This document shows positions 13,650 through 26,396 of a stretch of DNA of 64,000 bases, in pieces. The position numbers and the translations under genes are program-made. Below the pieces are notes generated by a model. The model saw only the letters and a list, made by a program, of their open reading frames with translations, was not told the origin of the DNA and made no database searches. Source of the stretch: Octopus vulgaris (taxonomy: Eukaryota); NCBI GenBank assembly GCA_951406725.2, contig OX597819.1, forward strand, positions 72,354,001 through 72,418,000, written 5' to 3'. Positions within the stretch are counted from its first letter, which is position 1, and each line of letters begins with the position of its first letter.

Positions 13650-14505
13650 GGGGCTGGCCGAGTTGGAGCAAATATCAGAATTGAACAGCCGAAATTTGCT
13701 ATGATGATTCGGTGTCTGACTGAAGATTGAAGGCTTCGAATGATTTGTCTGTGTTCCGTGTTCGTCCCTTCCTGTATTTCACGTTCTTTATATATAAAAA
13801 CATTTATTCTTATATTATTGCGGCGTTACGTGCCCCCCCCCCCCCCGTTTGTTTGTCCAATTTTAAACCCTGCACGACTTCTATACACTTTGTCTTTCCT
13901 ACCCGCCATTGCTTCTTTACCAAACTATTTTGGCGCCCTCCGATTCTTCCCCCTCTTCCTCCCATCCTCCTTAATCCCTTCTTTCTCCTTTTCTCTTGGT
14001 CACTGATTCTGTCCCCTGCCTTCCACCCTCTTTGATTCCCTCTCTCTCTGTCTCTCTTTCTCTCTCTCTCCTGCAACCTGCTGCTTCTTAACCATTCTGT
14101 TGGCGATCGTATCTCGACCAACATGTGTCCCCTCTACCGAAACGGTAATTATTTCTACGCCAGCTGCTATGTTGTTGTTGTTTTTGTCTCATTTGGTCTA
14201 AAGTCGTAAGACAACCATCGTTATATTTTGTTTATCCATTACTGTTTTCAATTTCGTTTTCGTCTCTTGTATTTACATCCGTCTCGTGCGTTCACATTCC
14301 TGTCTTCTACCAAGAAATCTAATGCTTACAGCTTAGTTTTTTTCTTGGGGCTGGCCGAGTTGGAGCAAATATCAGAATTGAACAGCCGAAATTTGCTATG
14401 ATGATTCGGTGTCTGACTGAAGATTGAAGGCTTCGAATGATTTGTCTGTGTTCCGTGTTCGTCCCTTCCTGTATTTCACGTTCTTTATATATAAAAACAT
14501 TTATT

Positions 14506-14511
<6 letters not shown>
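13650..14511 (+). mobile_element. Non-coding element with 165-bp terminal direct repeat (697-bp period), pLTR/retrozyme-like
   Basis: 13650-13814 is repeated at 14347-14511. Absent from duplication copy 1. A diverged relative lies at ~16480-17115. Confidence 0.65.
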
Positions 14512-14538
<27 letters not shown>

Positions 14539-14752
14539 GTATAGATGTAAATATGTTCATGTACGTAAGTAAGTATATATATATATATACATACGTACAT
14601 ATATATATATATAGGGAAAGTTTACGAAAAAAACAAAAGACGAAGGCAGGTGGTGTACAAAATAAACAGATGTGTTAGTATAACGCTCAGGAATAGAAAA
14701 AGTCTTTTACGGTTTGAGCCTACGCTCTCCTACAGAAAGGTACACAGGAGAG

Positions 14753-14788
<36 letters not shown>

Positions 14789-14792
<4 letters not shown>

Positions 14793-15475
14793 GAAATATT
14801 AAAATAACTAAGTCTCTCTAAAAGAGAACAGCGGCAGCGTTCCCGGAAAATAATAGTTATCGCCATACTAATATGGCATTCTTATAAAAATAAGAAAAAA
14901 GCTGTCCGCTTATTAGCTCCATGAGGCCATCGCCTTAAGTTAGCTATTTGATACACAAACTGTATCCATATAACCTTCGAACAAGGGAGGTCAGTCGCTC
15001 CACACTACTTGACCGGCAGCTACAGACGCGTTTCGGGGTATTGCCCCTTTTCAATGCAGCGTAGCCAGCCAGTAGGTGTCGCTTCCGACAATCTCTGTTC
15101 GATGGTTTTATTTACCTAGTTTCGGTGGAATACATCCACTTGTTTTCAATAATAGAAATATTAAAATAACTAAGTCTCTCTAAAAGAGAACAGCGGCAGC
15201 GTTCCCGGAAAATAATAGTTATCGCCATACTAATATGGCATTCTTATAAAAATAAGAAAAAAGCTGTCCGCTTATTAGCTCCATGAGGCCATCGCCTTAA
15301 GTTAGCTTAAGTTGCCGGTCAAGTAGTGTGGAGCGACTGACCTCCCTTGTTCGAAGGTTATATGGATACAGTTTGTGTATCAAATAGCTAACTTAAGGCG
15401 ATGGCCTCATGGAGCTAATAAGCGGACAGCTTTTTTCTTATTTTTATAAGAATGCCATATTAGTATGGCGATAAC

Positions 15476-15480
<5 letters not shown>
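14789..15480 (-). mobile_element. Retrozyme/Penelope-like non-autonomous element: 362-bp unit x1.4 plus an inverted segment, inserted in (TA)n
   Basis: 14789-14945 is repeated at 15151-15307; 15313-15480 is the reverse complement of 14851-15018. (TA)n on both sides, and the matching site in copy 1 (~5730-5770) is empty. Confidence 0.8.
15019..15060 (-). ncRNA. Type I hammerhead ribozyme, U3-A8 core variant
   Basis: Minus strand: gctgca-TTGAAAA-gggg-caata-cccc-GAAA-cgcg-TC-tgtagc. Stem I 6 bp (one G-U), stem II 4 bp, palindromic stem III ACGCGU, GUC triplet. Confidence 0.8.
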
Positions 15481-15517
<37 letters not shown>

Positions 15518-15908
15518 TTATATAATTAAGGATAAGATCGTTATTTTAAATAGCGATCATATCAGGTGGCTAGCATGGGAATAAAAATCTCTTGGGTAAT
15601 GAATTATTGGTAAAATTATAATTAAGGGTATCTAAAAGATATCATCATGCTAGAAATAGCAGTCAAAACTTGACTCTAAAACCACATCAAATATTCATAC
15701 AGCACCAGGAGAGAAGACAAAGAGACAAAATAAAGTATCAAAAAATAATTTTTTGCTAGTTTATTTGGTCTCTTTGTCTTCTCTCCTGGTGGTCTATGAA
15801 TATTTGATGTGGTTTTAGAGTCAAGTTTTAACTGCTATCTCTAGCATGATGGTATCTTTTAGATACCTTTGATAATAATTATATATATGTGTGTGTGTAT
15901 GAATATGT

Positions 15909-15974
<66 letters not shown>

Positions 15975-17114
15975 CGTACCCTTATCTGATATAAGTCAGA
16001 CAATATTTTATCCTGTTTCATATACTCTGCTGTTATCTGATGAGACAAACAATAGTGATATTGTTTCGTTCTATGTTATCGTCGTTGTTGTTGTAGTATG
16101 TTTGTAAAATTATCCATCACACCTTATCTTATGAACGTATACCTGTTGTAGGGAGATGCATATGTATGTATATAGATAAGTATATCTATATACGTATCTA
16201 CACGTATATCTATGTGTGTGTGTGCGGGTATAACCTACATATACCTTGAGTGTATGTATTGTTTTATTGTTTTACTTGTTTCAGTCATGTGACAGCGGTC
16301 ATGCTGGAGCACCGCCTTTAGTCAAACAAATACACCCCAGGACTTATTCTTTGTAAGCCTAGTACTTATTCTATCGGTCTCTTTTGCCGAACGGCTAAGT
16401 TACGGAAGTGTAAACACATCAACATCGGTTGCCAGGTGATAATGGTGGGGGACAAACACAGATACACAAACATATACCTATATTCTGTCTATATTCTGTC
16501 ACGCTTATTCGTTCATTCCACTCTTCGTTCTTTCGTTTCCCCCTCTCTCACATTTCTCTGCCTTCTCTTCTTGTTCACTTTCCCTCCACTTTTCACTTCA
16601 CTGTGTCCCTGTAATTTTTTCTCGCCCCTCCTTAGTTCTTCTGTTCCTCTGCTTCTACTTCTCCCTCTTCTCTTCTCACGTGACCGGCGTTCGGCCAAGC
16701 TTTCTTTCTTGGTCTGGTCGTTGTCCGTGCAATATCGATATTCCTCATTGTGTTTGTGAAATCTTGTATCCCTACCGTAAGGCTTAATTTCCACACACGC
16801 CAGCTTAATTTAATTCGTCCTTAGTCGAAAGAGATCTGTTGTTATATCCTGTTTATTTTATGGTATTTGTGTAACATTGTCTGTTTTTTTCCGTCCTTGT
16901 TTTTGTATATATTCGCTGCTTTCTTCCAAGGAATCTAATGCTCTTAGCTTAGTTTTTCCTTGGGGCCGGCCAGATTGGAGCAATCTCAAGTATAATCAGC
17001 CGAAATTGCGAAGTTAATCTGGTACTTGACTAAGGAAAGAACACTTCAAATGACCCGTCCTTGGTTTCTTTGTATCGTCTGCCTGGATGTTTTGCGATCC
17101 CATTTTGTATTTTT

Positions 17115-17200
<86 letters not shown>

Positions 17201-17535
17201 CGACGGGCTTCTTTCAGTTTCCGTCTACTAAATCTACTCACAAAGCCTTGATCAACCTGAGGGTATAGCAGAAGATACTTACCCAAGGAGACTGAAACCT
17301 AAACCATGTGGTTGAAACGCAAGATTCTTATCACACAGCCACATGATGGGTGTGTAGAATATATGCATATATAGTGGTTGTGTGGTAAGTAGCTTGCTTA
17401 CCAACCACATGGTTCCGGGTTCAGACCCACTGCGTGACACCTTAGCCGAGTGTCTTCTACTATAGCTTTGGGCCGACCAAAGCCTTGTGAGAGGATCTGG
17501 TAGACGGAAACTGAAAGAGGCCCGTCATATATATG

Positions 17536-17597
<62 letters not shown>

Positions 17598-17808
17598 CGT
17601 TTATGTGTCTATGTTTGTCCCTCCATGATCGATTGATAACCGATGTTGGTGTGTTACTGTCCTCGTAATTTAGCAATTCGGAAAAAGAGGCCGATAGAAT
17701 AAGTACTAGGTTTATAAAGATTAAATCCTGGGGGCGATTTCTACAACTAAAGATGGTGCTTCAGCATGGTCGATGTCAAATGACTTAAACGTGTAACAGA
17801 GTTAAAGA

Positions 17809-17868
<60 letters not shown>

Positions 17869-17895
17869 CTCTATTTAATATGCTATATATATATA

Positions 17896-18883
17896 CTAGC
17901 ATTAAAGACCCGTCGTTGCCGGGGCATAGTGCTAGTGCATGTATATATGTGTATATATATGTGTACATATTACATGCACATCTATATATATATATACATC
18001 TGCACATAAAATACAAAGTTATATCTTGATATCGCTAGTGATAACAATACTCAAAATATATAACAGACTGGAATTGATAGCCCGTCTCTTGTAATTTCGA
18101 TCAATTGTATCTTGTCCTCCCTCTTGTATAGAAGTGTGGCTACAATCCAGCCTACCTCTACTGTCTGGGGGGGGGGGGGCATTTTAAATTTTTTTCCGGG
18201 ACGTCCTACGTCCCAGATATAAAGGTAAAAATAAAATATTTCCACTTTGCAAGTTCGAGTCGAACCTTGCTTCTATTGTGGCGAATTTACTATAGTCGCA
18301 CCAAGACACTTTTCGAAGGTGCTTTCCTCCAGGTGTTCAAATCTTCTTTTTTCTCTACATTGTATACTTTATAGACAATAGTCTTTCCTTTAATTTAATT
18401 TTTTATTATCCATCTGGACTATTCCATTTCTGCACGCTAATTTTATTTTTAATTTATTCCCATTCATGTGTAACCACTTATTCAAGTTCAAGTCATTGAT
18501 GCAATTCTATACCAATTGCTATTTTTACTTTTGTTATGTTACAATTATATTATATTTTAGTTTGATTTTAATTATTACTTACAACATATGATTCAATTGT
18601 TATTATTATTTTTATTGTTAAAGTGAAAGTATCTGACATAAAATAGAGAAATGTTTTTGTTTCACTTTTAACTTGTAATACTGAAATAGTGGAGAAGATA
18701 TGATATTGCTATGGGCTCGCTCTAAGCAAGAAGCTGAACATTTTTTGCCTAGGAAACTCCATGGACCCTAAGTAAGGCATGTGTAAAATTTGAATGAAAT
18801 TGGTTGTGTAGTTCTCAAGCTTTAGGGAACACACAGACAGACAGACAGACAGACACACATTCTCAGTTTCATATATATAAAGA
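17896..18883 (-). mobile_element. Non-autonomous Helitron, copy 1
   Basis: Minus strand begins TCTTTATATATAT..., has (GTCT)n near the 5' end, and ends in a GC hairpin (cccggcaacgacggg) followed by CTAG|T. Confidence 0.82.
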
Positions 18884-18896
18884 CACACATTCTCAG

Positions 18897-18935
<39 letters not shown>

Positions 18936-18975
18936 CATACATACATATATGTGTGTGTGTTTGTGTGTATGTATT

Positions 18976-19034
<59 letters not shown>

Positions 19035-19036
<2 letters not shown>

Positions 19037-20322
19037 GCATTAAAGACCCATCGTTGTCCGGATCATAGTGCTAGTGCATGTATATATGTGTATATATATG
19101 TGTACATATTACATGTACATCTATATATATATATATACATCTACACATAAAATACAAAATACAAAGTTATATCTTGATATTGCTAGTGACAACAATACTC
19201 AAAATATATAACAGACTGGAATTGTTAGCCCGTCTCTTGTAATTTCGATCGATTGTATCTTGTCCTCCCTCTTGTATAGAAGTGTGGCTACAATCCGACG
19301 GCTGCATCGAAATTCATTTTTGGACTTTCTTCTATCGAAGACATTTTAACAAAAATACTTCCGTGTAAACGGTGAAAATATTGTCAATTTCCCCAAACAG
19401 GGACACAATTCAATTTTTAAACAATAACCAAAGCTCCTTCTCCCAAAAGGATGGGGGTTAGGGTTTACAATTATTTAACAAATGCAACACAACAACGCTT
19501 CCCCTACAAGGAACCAACAAACGTGATAACAATAGTTAAACAGAAATAATAATAACAACAAACCTTACGGTAAACCAAAAAGCAGTACTCTGTTGAAGCT
19601 ATTGGCCTTTATGGATTAGAAATAAACTAACAGCGGTACTCAGTAGAATGCTAATGCTAGCTAATTAGCAAATAATCTAATGTAAAAGCCGTGCACAACT
19701 CCATCTGGACTATTCCATTTCTGCACTTAAATTTTAATTTTTATTTATTCCCATTCATGTGAAACCACTGATTCAAGTTCAAGTCATTGATGCAATTTTA
19801 TACCAATTGCTATATTTTTACTTTTGTTATGTTACGATAATATTATACTTTAGTTTGATTTTAATTATTACTTACTACATATAATTCAATTGTTATTATT
19901 ATTTTTATTGTTAAAGTGAATGTATCTGACATAAAATAGAGAAATGTTTTTGTTTCACTTTTAACTTGTAATACTGAAATAGTGGAGAAGATATGATATT
20001 GCTATGGGCTCGCTCCAGGCAAGAAGTTAAACATTTTTTTGCCCATGAAACTACATGGATCCTAAGTAAGGCATGTGTGATGTTTGAATGAAATTGGTTG
20101 TGTAGTTCTCAAGTTTTAGGGAATCGTAGTGGAGAAGATATGATATTGCTGTGGGCTCGCCCTAGGCAAAAGGTTAAAAATATTTTTTGCCGATGACATT
20201 CCCAGGACCCTAAGTAAGGCATGTGTAAAATTTGAATGAAATTGGTTGTGTAGTTCTCAAGTTTTAGGGAAACACACAGACAGACAGACAGACACACATT
20301 CTCAGTTTTATATATATAAAGA
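19035..20322 (-). mobile_element. Non-autonomous Helitron, copy 2
   Basis: Same termini as copy 1. Has a ~140-bp internal tandem duplication and a different internal segment at ~19297-19700. Confidence 0.8.
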
Positions 20323-20330
20323 TATATATA

Positions 20331-20980
20331 CTCTCTCTCATTACTTGTATTAATAATTTTTACTGTATCCCAGTCTTTATACGCTAGGCCACTTGGTATT
20401 TTAAATTGATGTTATTAATTAATATTCAATTTTTTCACCCTTATTGTGATTTTAATTATAAATTAATTTGTTCTCAAACCAGCAGTAAATTACTGGGGTA
20501 GTATTTACATCCGGGTTTAACGCGTGAGAAGGAGGATATTTGAACGTAACTGCAGATATAATCGGCTGTGCCATTCGCCTTTGTTCGGCTTCGTGTGAAT
20601 GTTGGCGTTCGACTCAGCAAATTATATTTTTTTGGTATACTCTACTGAAGATCCGAAAATGATTGTGTAAGTAAAATTACACAATCTATTAACGGTGAAA
20701 CAATTGTATAGAATTAATCTATTTTTACGTTATTTTTCATTTGTCCTGCTCGCTTACATTCTTGGCGCGTTGAACTAATTATTGAGAACAATTCTTTAGT
20801 GGTGGATTCCCTTCGTGGATCTATATCTAGCGTTAGAGTGACCACATGTGGACTCTCTCTCATTCCTTGTATTAATAATTTTTACTGTATCCCAATCTTT
20901 ATATGCTAGGCCACTTGGTGTTTTAAATTGATGTTATTAATTAATATTCAATTTTTTACACCCTTATTGTGATTTTAATG
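20331..20980 (+). mobile_element. Retrozyme-like element: 522-bp unit x1.25 with terminal direct repeat and probable TSD
   Basis: 20331-20456 is repeated at 20853-20979. atataaagatatatata occurs on both sides (20314-20330, 20981-20997). Contains a hammerhead. Confidence 0.75.
20641..20712 (+). ncRNA. Type I hammerhead ribozyme with long stem II extension
   Basis: tcta-CTGAAGA-tccg...[gattgtgtaa/ttacacaatc hairpin]...cggt-GAAA-caattg-TA-taga. Canonical core, GUA triplet (cut after 20708), palindromic stem III ACAAUUGU. Confidence 0.8.
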
Positions 20981-20988
20981 ATATAAAG

Positions 20989-21050
<62 letters not shown>

Positions 21051-21051
<1 letters not shown>

Positions 21052-21465
21052 TACAATTGACAATCTAACAATTTATTTCCATTATAATATGTTATACTAT
21101 ACTATAAAATATAACATAAAATAAATAAAGTCAACAATTTGCTTCGACTTCTATACATTATTTGATTTATAAACAATTCATGTCTATGTATACAAGTCTC
21201 TTCAGGGCCTTGGTTCAAAAAGACAGATGGAATTTCATGTAAAAGATTGCAAAATACTGATTCTGAATGCCTATGTCTTGGAGCGTGAGTTTTAACAGTT
21301 CAAATACATAAGTACAATAAAAGGACAACAAAATTCAAATGGATAAAATAATTAAGTAAAGAAAATTTACAACGGTCAAAATGGTTTTTTTTATATCTCT
21401 CCAGTAATATTAATCTAAGTGTATTTAAATAGAAAGTAATCACTGGCCATTTCAATGATATATAA
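21051..21465 (+). repeat. Left arm of long inverted repeat (partner 25972-26396)
   Basis: ~410 bp diverged reverse-complement match, e.g. tgtatacaagtctcttcagg / cctgaagagacttgtataca. Confidence 0.9.
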
Positions 21466-21476
21466 TAATAATAATG

Positions 21477-21544
<68 letters not shown>

Positions 21545-21545
21545 T

Positions 21546-21750
21546 AAGCAGTTGTGGTCGATGAAAAAGGTGGTGGTAGTAGTACCAATAATTATCGGAG
21601 CCCTGGGAACAGTGAGTAAAAATCTCGAGGAGTACATGGGACAAATAGGGGCTGCAATAAGGGTGGAGCACTTACAGAAAACACCACTGCTTGGAACCGC
21701 TCGATTACTCCGGAAGGTGCTAAGAAAATAAGCGTTAGAAGCTGTGCAAA
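21546..21750 (+). mobile_element. 3' fragment of Dong/R4-type RLE retrotransposon
   Basis: KQLWSMKKVVVVVPIIIGALGTVSKNLEEYM...LQKTPLLGTARLLRKVL*, directly after a (TAA)n tract. Confidence 0.8.
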
Positions 21751-21753
21751 GAA

Positions 21754-21819
<66 letters not shown>

Positions 21820-21844
21820 CTGATGATGATGATGATGATTAATA

Positions 21845-21911
<67 letters not shown>

Positions 21912-21913
<2 letters not shown>

Positions 21914-22541
21914 TATAAATAAATAAATAAAATATCAGAGTTTTACTTAGTTTTAGAGACCGATAAATCGTGTAAATCCATATTTATTCTAAAGATATGC
22001 CTATGCATGTTCGAAAGAACGTATTTCTAGTATATCAACTAATTATTTATTCGTATGAGCTACTTTTCATATATTTATGATCAGTCAAAGTAAATATATA
22101 TAAATTATATATAATGACAATATATAATAACGCCTCTCGTTTCTTATTTATATTTTATTATCTCTTTATCTAAGAAATGATATAGGTTATAATTATCGTA
22201 GATCTGTGTTTTTGTTTATTTTATTTACGGAGTTCTCCCTTCGATAAACTACGTAAATGAGGACCATAATTTGTTAGTTACTTTGAATAATTTTTATATC
22301 AATACCAATAAATAAATGAGAGGAGTTATTATATATTGCCATTACATATAATTTATATATATTTACTTTGACTGATCATAAATATATGAAAAGTAGCACA
22401 TACGAATAAATAATTAGTTGATATACTAGAAATACGTTCTTTCGAACATGTATAGGCATATTTATAGAATAAATATGGATTTACATGATTTATCGGTCTC
22501 TAAAACTAAGTAAAATTCTGATTATTTATTATTTATATATT
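21912..22541. repeat. Palindrome with ~235 bp arms and ~160 bp spacer
   Basis: 21912-22150 is the reverse complement of 22308-22541 (ttttacttagttttagagaccgataaatc / gatttatcggtctctaaaactaagtaaaa). Confidence 0.92.
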
Positions 22542-22544
22542 TTT

Positions 22545-23160
22545 CCTTCTTTCTTCACATTTTCTTCCATTTCTCGCCGGGTGTTTTCCGTACACCTAAG
22601 GCAGAGAAGCTCATTGTATGCATTCCCAGATTACACACGCAAATTTACAGGTAAAATATATATTTAAAAGAATTAATAAACAAATAAATTCATGAATGGA
22701 TGTTGTTTTCACAGCAATAATGCTCTTCTCAGTACATGAGTCGTTCCAGTTAACACGGTTTTTTGCACTTCCTGTAGGGATGGTAAGCCTGGTATCATTT
22801 TCAAATAGGTTTCAGTACCTTTTTTTATCATTCTTAGAGATCCTACAATCACTGGTACTGTAGTCGCCTTGAGATGCGACATTTTTTCAATTTCTATTAG
22901 CAAGTCTTTATATTTACTGATCTTGTCAAATTCTTTCGCCATTATATTGTGATTGCAAGGAATACTCATGTCAATTAATAATAACACCTTTTTTTGTTTG
23001 ATCTTTTATAATAATATCCGGTTTATTAGCTTCTATAGTTTTGTCAGTATGTACGGGGAAGTCCAAGAAAACTGACACATTTTCTCCCTCAGTCACAGCT
23101 TCAGGATGGTGTTTATACCATTTGTCAGCGGTTTTGATTTTATAATGCCGACATATTGCT
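22545..23160 (-). mobile_element. 3' fragment of a second Dong/R4-type RLE retrotransposon
   Basis: WYKHHPEAVTEGENVSVFLDFPVHTDKTIEANKPDIII / LLIDMSIP...KISKYKDL...VPVIVGSL...LQEVQKTVLTGTTHVLRRAL (one frameshift), plus 3' UTR. Confidence 0.87.
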
Positions 23161-23170
23161 ATTATTATTA

Positions 23171-23235
<65 letters not shown>

Positions 23236-23238
<3 letters not shown>

Positions 23239-25862
23239 TAGTATATTTTTATATCGTGCTTTCACTTCACTACCGAGCGCAGCTCTCTGTGCCTTGGGTA
23301 TGTGCTGTGATTTGTTGTGATGCTCTGATGGTTATTGTATGGAAAGTGTTCTGCGTAAGATGTGTGCAGTGCCTAGTAGTGCAATTTTCTGTATGTTATA
23401 TGTGTTTGTAAGTCCTGGTGTTTTTGTTATGTATTTGTCTGAGTATTTTTTATCATGTCTAATGCACCTATTATGATAGGAATTGTTTCTGTTTTTAGAT
23501 TCCACATTCTGGTTACCTTTATTTCCAGGTCTTTGTATTTTGAAAGTTTCTCCATTTCTTTTAGAGACACGTTGTCATCCGCTGGTATTGATACATCAAT
23601 TAGAAAGCATTTTTTTCCTTCATGATCTCTGACAACTATATCTGGTCTGTTGGCCTTAATTTCTCTATCTGTGTGTATTGGCATATCCCAGAGTATGGTT
23701 GCTTTCTCGTTTTCTGTGACCTTTTCTGGTGTGTGCCTATACCATCTTTTTTCTGTTGTTATTCCATAATGTTGGCATAGTTTCCAGTGTATATAGGTCC
23801 CAACTCTGTCGTGTCTGTGAATATATTCCTTCTTAGCCAGGACTGGGCAGCCAGAGATAATATGATTTATTGTTTCTTGTCCATCTCCACATATTCTGCA
23901 GTTACTTGTTATATTTCTTTTCATTACATGTTTTTGGTAATTTCTGGTGGGGAGGCTTTGGTCTTGTGCTGCAATTAAAAATCCTTCTGTCTCTGCTTTG
24001 AGTCCTGAACTTTTCAACCATTGTTAGGATTTTTCTTTGTCTATTTCTTTTGCATTTAGTTTAGTCCAGTATTTGCCATGAAGGGGCTTTCCTTGCCATC
24101 GTTTTATCATGGCTCGTTGCTGTTCTATTTTTAGTTAGGATTTAGTTAGGATTTGTTTTATAGCTTTTGTTGTTTCTTCATCTTCTTCTTCATATTTGTT
24201 AGGTGGTATGATTTCTTGTTTGTATTTATCAGCTTCCTTAAATACTGAGAACAGTTTTTTGTTTTGCTCGTGTTTTGCCGCTATTTGTATCAGTTTTCCT
24301 TCCTTCTGAAGTAGATATTTTGCAGTCCTATGGTGGTTATTTTATAGTAGTTTTCCAGCTGTATAAGGCCTCAACCACCATCTATACGTTGTATATATAG
24401 TCTTTCTATGTCAGATTTTGGGTGATGCATCCTAGATCCTGTCATTATTTTTCTTGTTTTCCTATCTATTTTGGTCAGTTCATTTAGTGTCCAGTTAAGG
24501 ATATTGTAGCTGTAACTTATAACTGGGACGGCTAAAGTGTTGATACCTATTATCTTGTTTTTAGCATTGAGCTCTGTTTTCAGTATTGATCTAACTCGTC
24601 TATAATATTCTTTTTTTACTTCCTCTTTCATTTGTGTGTGTTGTGTCTTATCTAATTTATGGATTCCTAAGTATTTGTAAGTTTGGCTTTGGTCTAATTC
24701 TTTTATTTCATTGGTTTTTATCTAGTGTGATGTTGCTACTCTTAATTAGTTTTCCCCTTTTCAGGGTTACTTTGGCGCATTTCTCTAATCCAAATTTCAT
24801 ATCTATTTCTTTGGTAAATCCATGAACTGTCTTTAGTAGTGTTTCCAGCTGTTTGTCATTTGTTGTGTATAGTTTTAGGTAATCCATATATGATCTTTTT
24901 GCCGTAACATTTATATCCGCATCCAGTTCTGTTTAGCATATCCGATAGAGGTGACAGTGCCAAGCAGAAAAGGAGTGGAGAGAGCGTATCTCCCTGGAAT
25001 ATTCCTCTTCTAATGGAGATGGCTTTGGTTTTCACAAGTCCCTCTTTTGTTTGGAGCTGTAGCACTGTTTGCAGTTTATTCATAGAGTGTTCTATGTACT
25101 TTATAATTGTTGGTGCAACTTTGTTCATGACTAGTGTTTCGAGAATCCATGTGTGGGGGATGCTATCAAACGCCTTTTTGTAGTCGATCCAGGCCATACT
25201 GAGGCCTTTCTTCTTTCTGTGGCTGTCTTCAGTTATGGCTTTATTGATCATTAGTTGATCTTTACAGCCATATGAGCCTTTGCGGCATCCTTTCTGCTCT
25301 TCTGGAAACAGGTTGTTTTTGTCTAGGTGCTTGTTCAATCTTTGCGATATTACTGCAGTAAATGCTTTGTACATTGTAGGGAGACAGGTTATAGGTCTGT
25401 AGTTTTCTGGTTTTGCTGTCTCATTTGATTTAGGAATTAAGATGGTTTTCCCCTTCGTGAGCCATTCAGACATTGTCTCTGGCTCTGCTAGTATGCTGTT
25501 AAAGTTTTCAGCCAGCTTTTTGTGCATTCCTGTTAGATATTTCAACCAGAAGTTGGGGATCTTGTCATTCCCAGGTGCCTTCCAGTTGCTTAGTCTTTGC
25601 AGTGCCTGGGTGACCTCTTCAGTTGTTATGGGGGTCCAAAGTTGCTCAGATGCTGAGTTTGTTGTTTTAATACTCCTTTTTTTGGGGTTGCTCGTTCGCC
25701 GACCATATTTCTCTCCAGAATTCTTCCACTTCTGCCGTTGGTGCTGCAGTGATTTCTATTTTATTTTTGCCAAGTTCTTGGTAGAACTTTTTGGGGTTGG
25801 AGTTGAACTGTTTGTTTTGTTCAAAGAAACGTTGGCGTTTCTCGTACCGGCGGATCCTTTGT
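23236..25862 (-). mobile_element. 5'-truncated, frameshifted Dong/R4-clade non-LTR retrotransposon (RT + CCHC + restriction-like endonuclease)
   Basis: RT motifs ENYRPITCLPTMYK, EQKGCRKGSYGCKDQL, WIDYKKAFDSIPH, GIFQGDTLSPLLF. Also AAQDQ, CRICG..ETINHIISGC, RHD and RPDIVV..CFLID..K..KY. Flanked by (TAA)n on both sides. Confidence 0.93.
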
Positions 25863-25894
25863 GCTTATTATTATTATTATCATTATTATTATTA

Positions 25895-25943
<49 letters not shown>

Positions 25944-25971
25944 TACCCTCATCATCATCATCATCATCATC

Positions 25972-26396
25972 ATATATCATTTCAGTGATTATTTTCGATT
26001 TAAATACATTTAGATTAATATTATTGGGGAAATACAAAAACCTTTTTGGACCGTTGTAAATTTTCTTTACTTAATTATTTTATCTATTTGAATTTTGTTG
26101 TTCTTTTATTGTACTTATGCATTTGAACTGTTAACGCTCACGCTCCGAGACATAGGCATTCAGAATCATCATTTTGCAATTTTTTACAATAAATTTCATC
26201 TGTCTTATTGAACCAAGGTCCTGAAGAGACTTGTATACATAGATATGAATTGTTTATAAATCAAATAATGTACAGAAGTGGAAACAAATTGTTGGCTTTG
26301 TTTTTTTCTTAAATTGGTCATGTTATTTTATACTATATTATATTTTATACTATATTATATTATAATTTAAATAAATCGTTACATTGTCAATTGTAT
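25972..26396 (-). repeat. Right arm of long inverted repeat (partner 21051-21465)
   Basis: Reverse-complement match to the left arm. Confidence 0.9.

Noticed and set aside
14347-14420. Assignment of the pseudoknot motif to HDV-like or twister ribozymes
   Set aside because: It has GCGAA/GCTAT before the last helix strand but lacks the HDV P3/L3 signature and twister's conserved UAA/GA residues; left unclassified.
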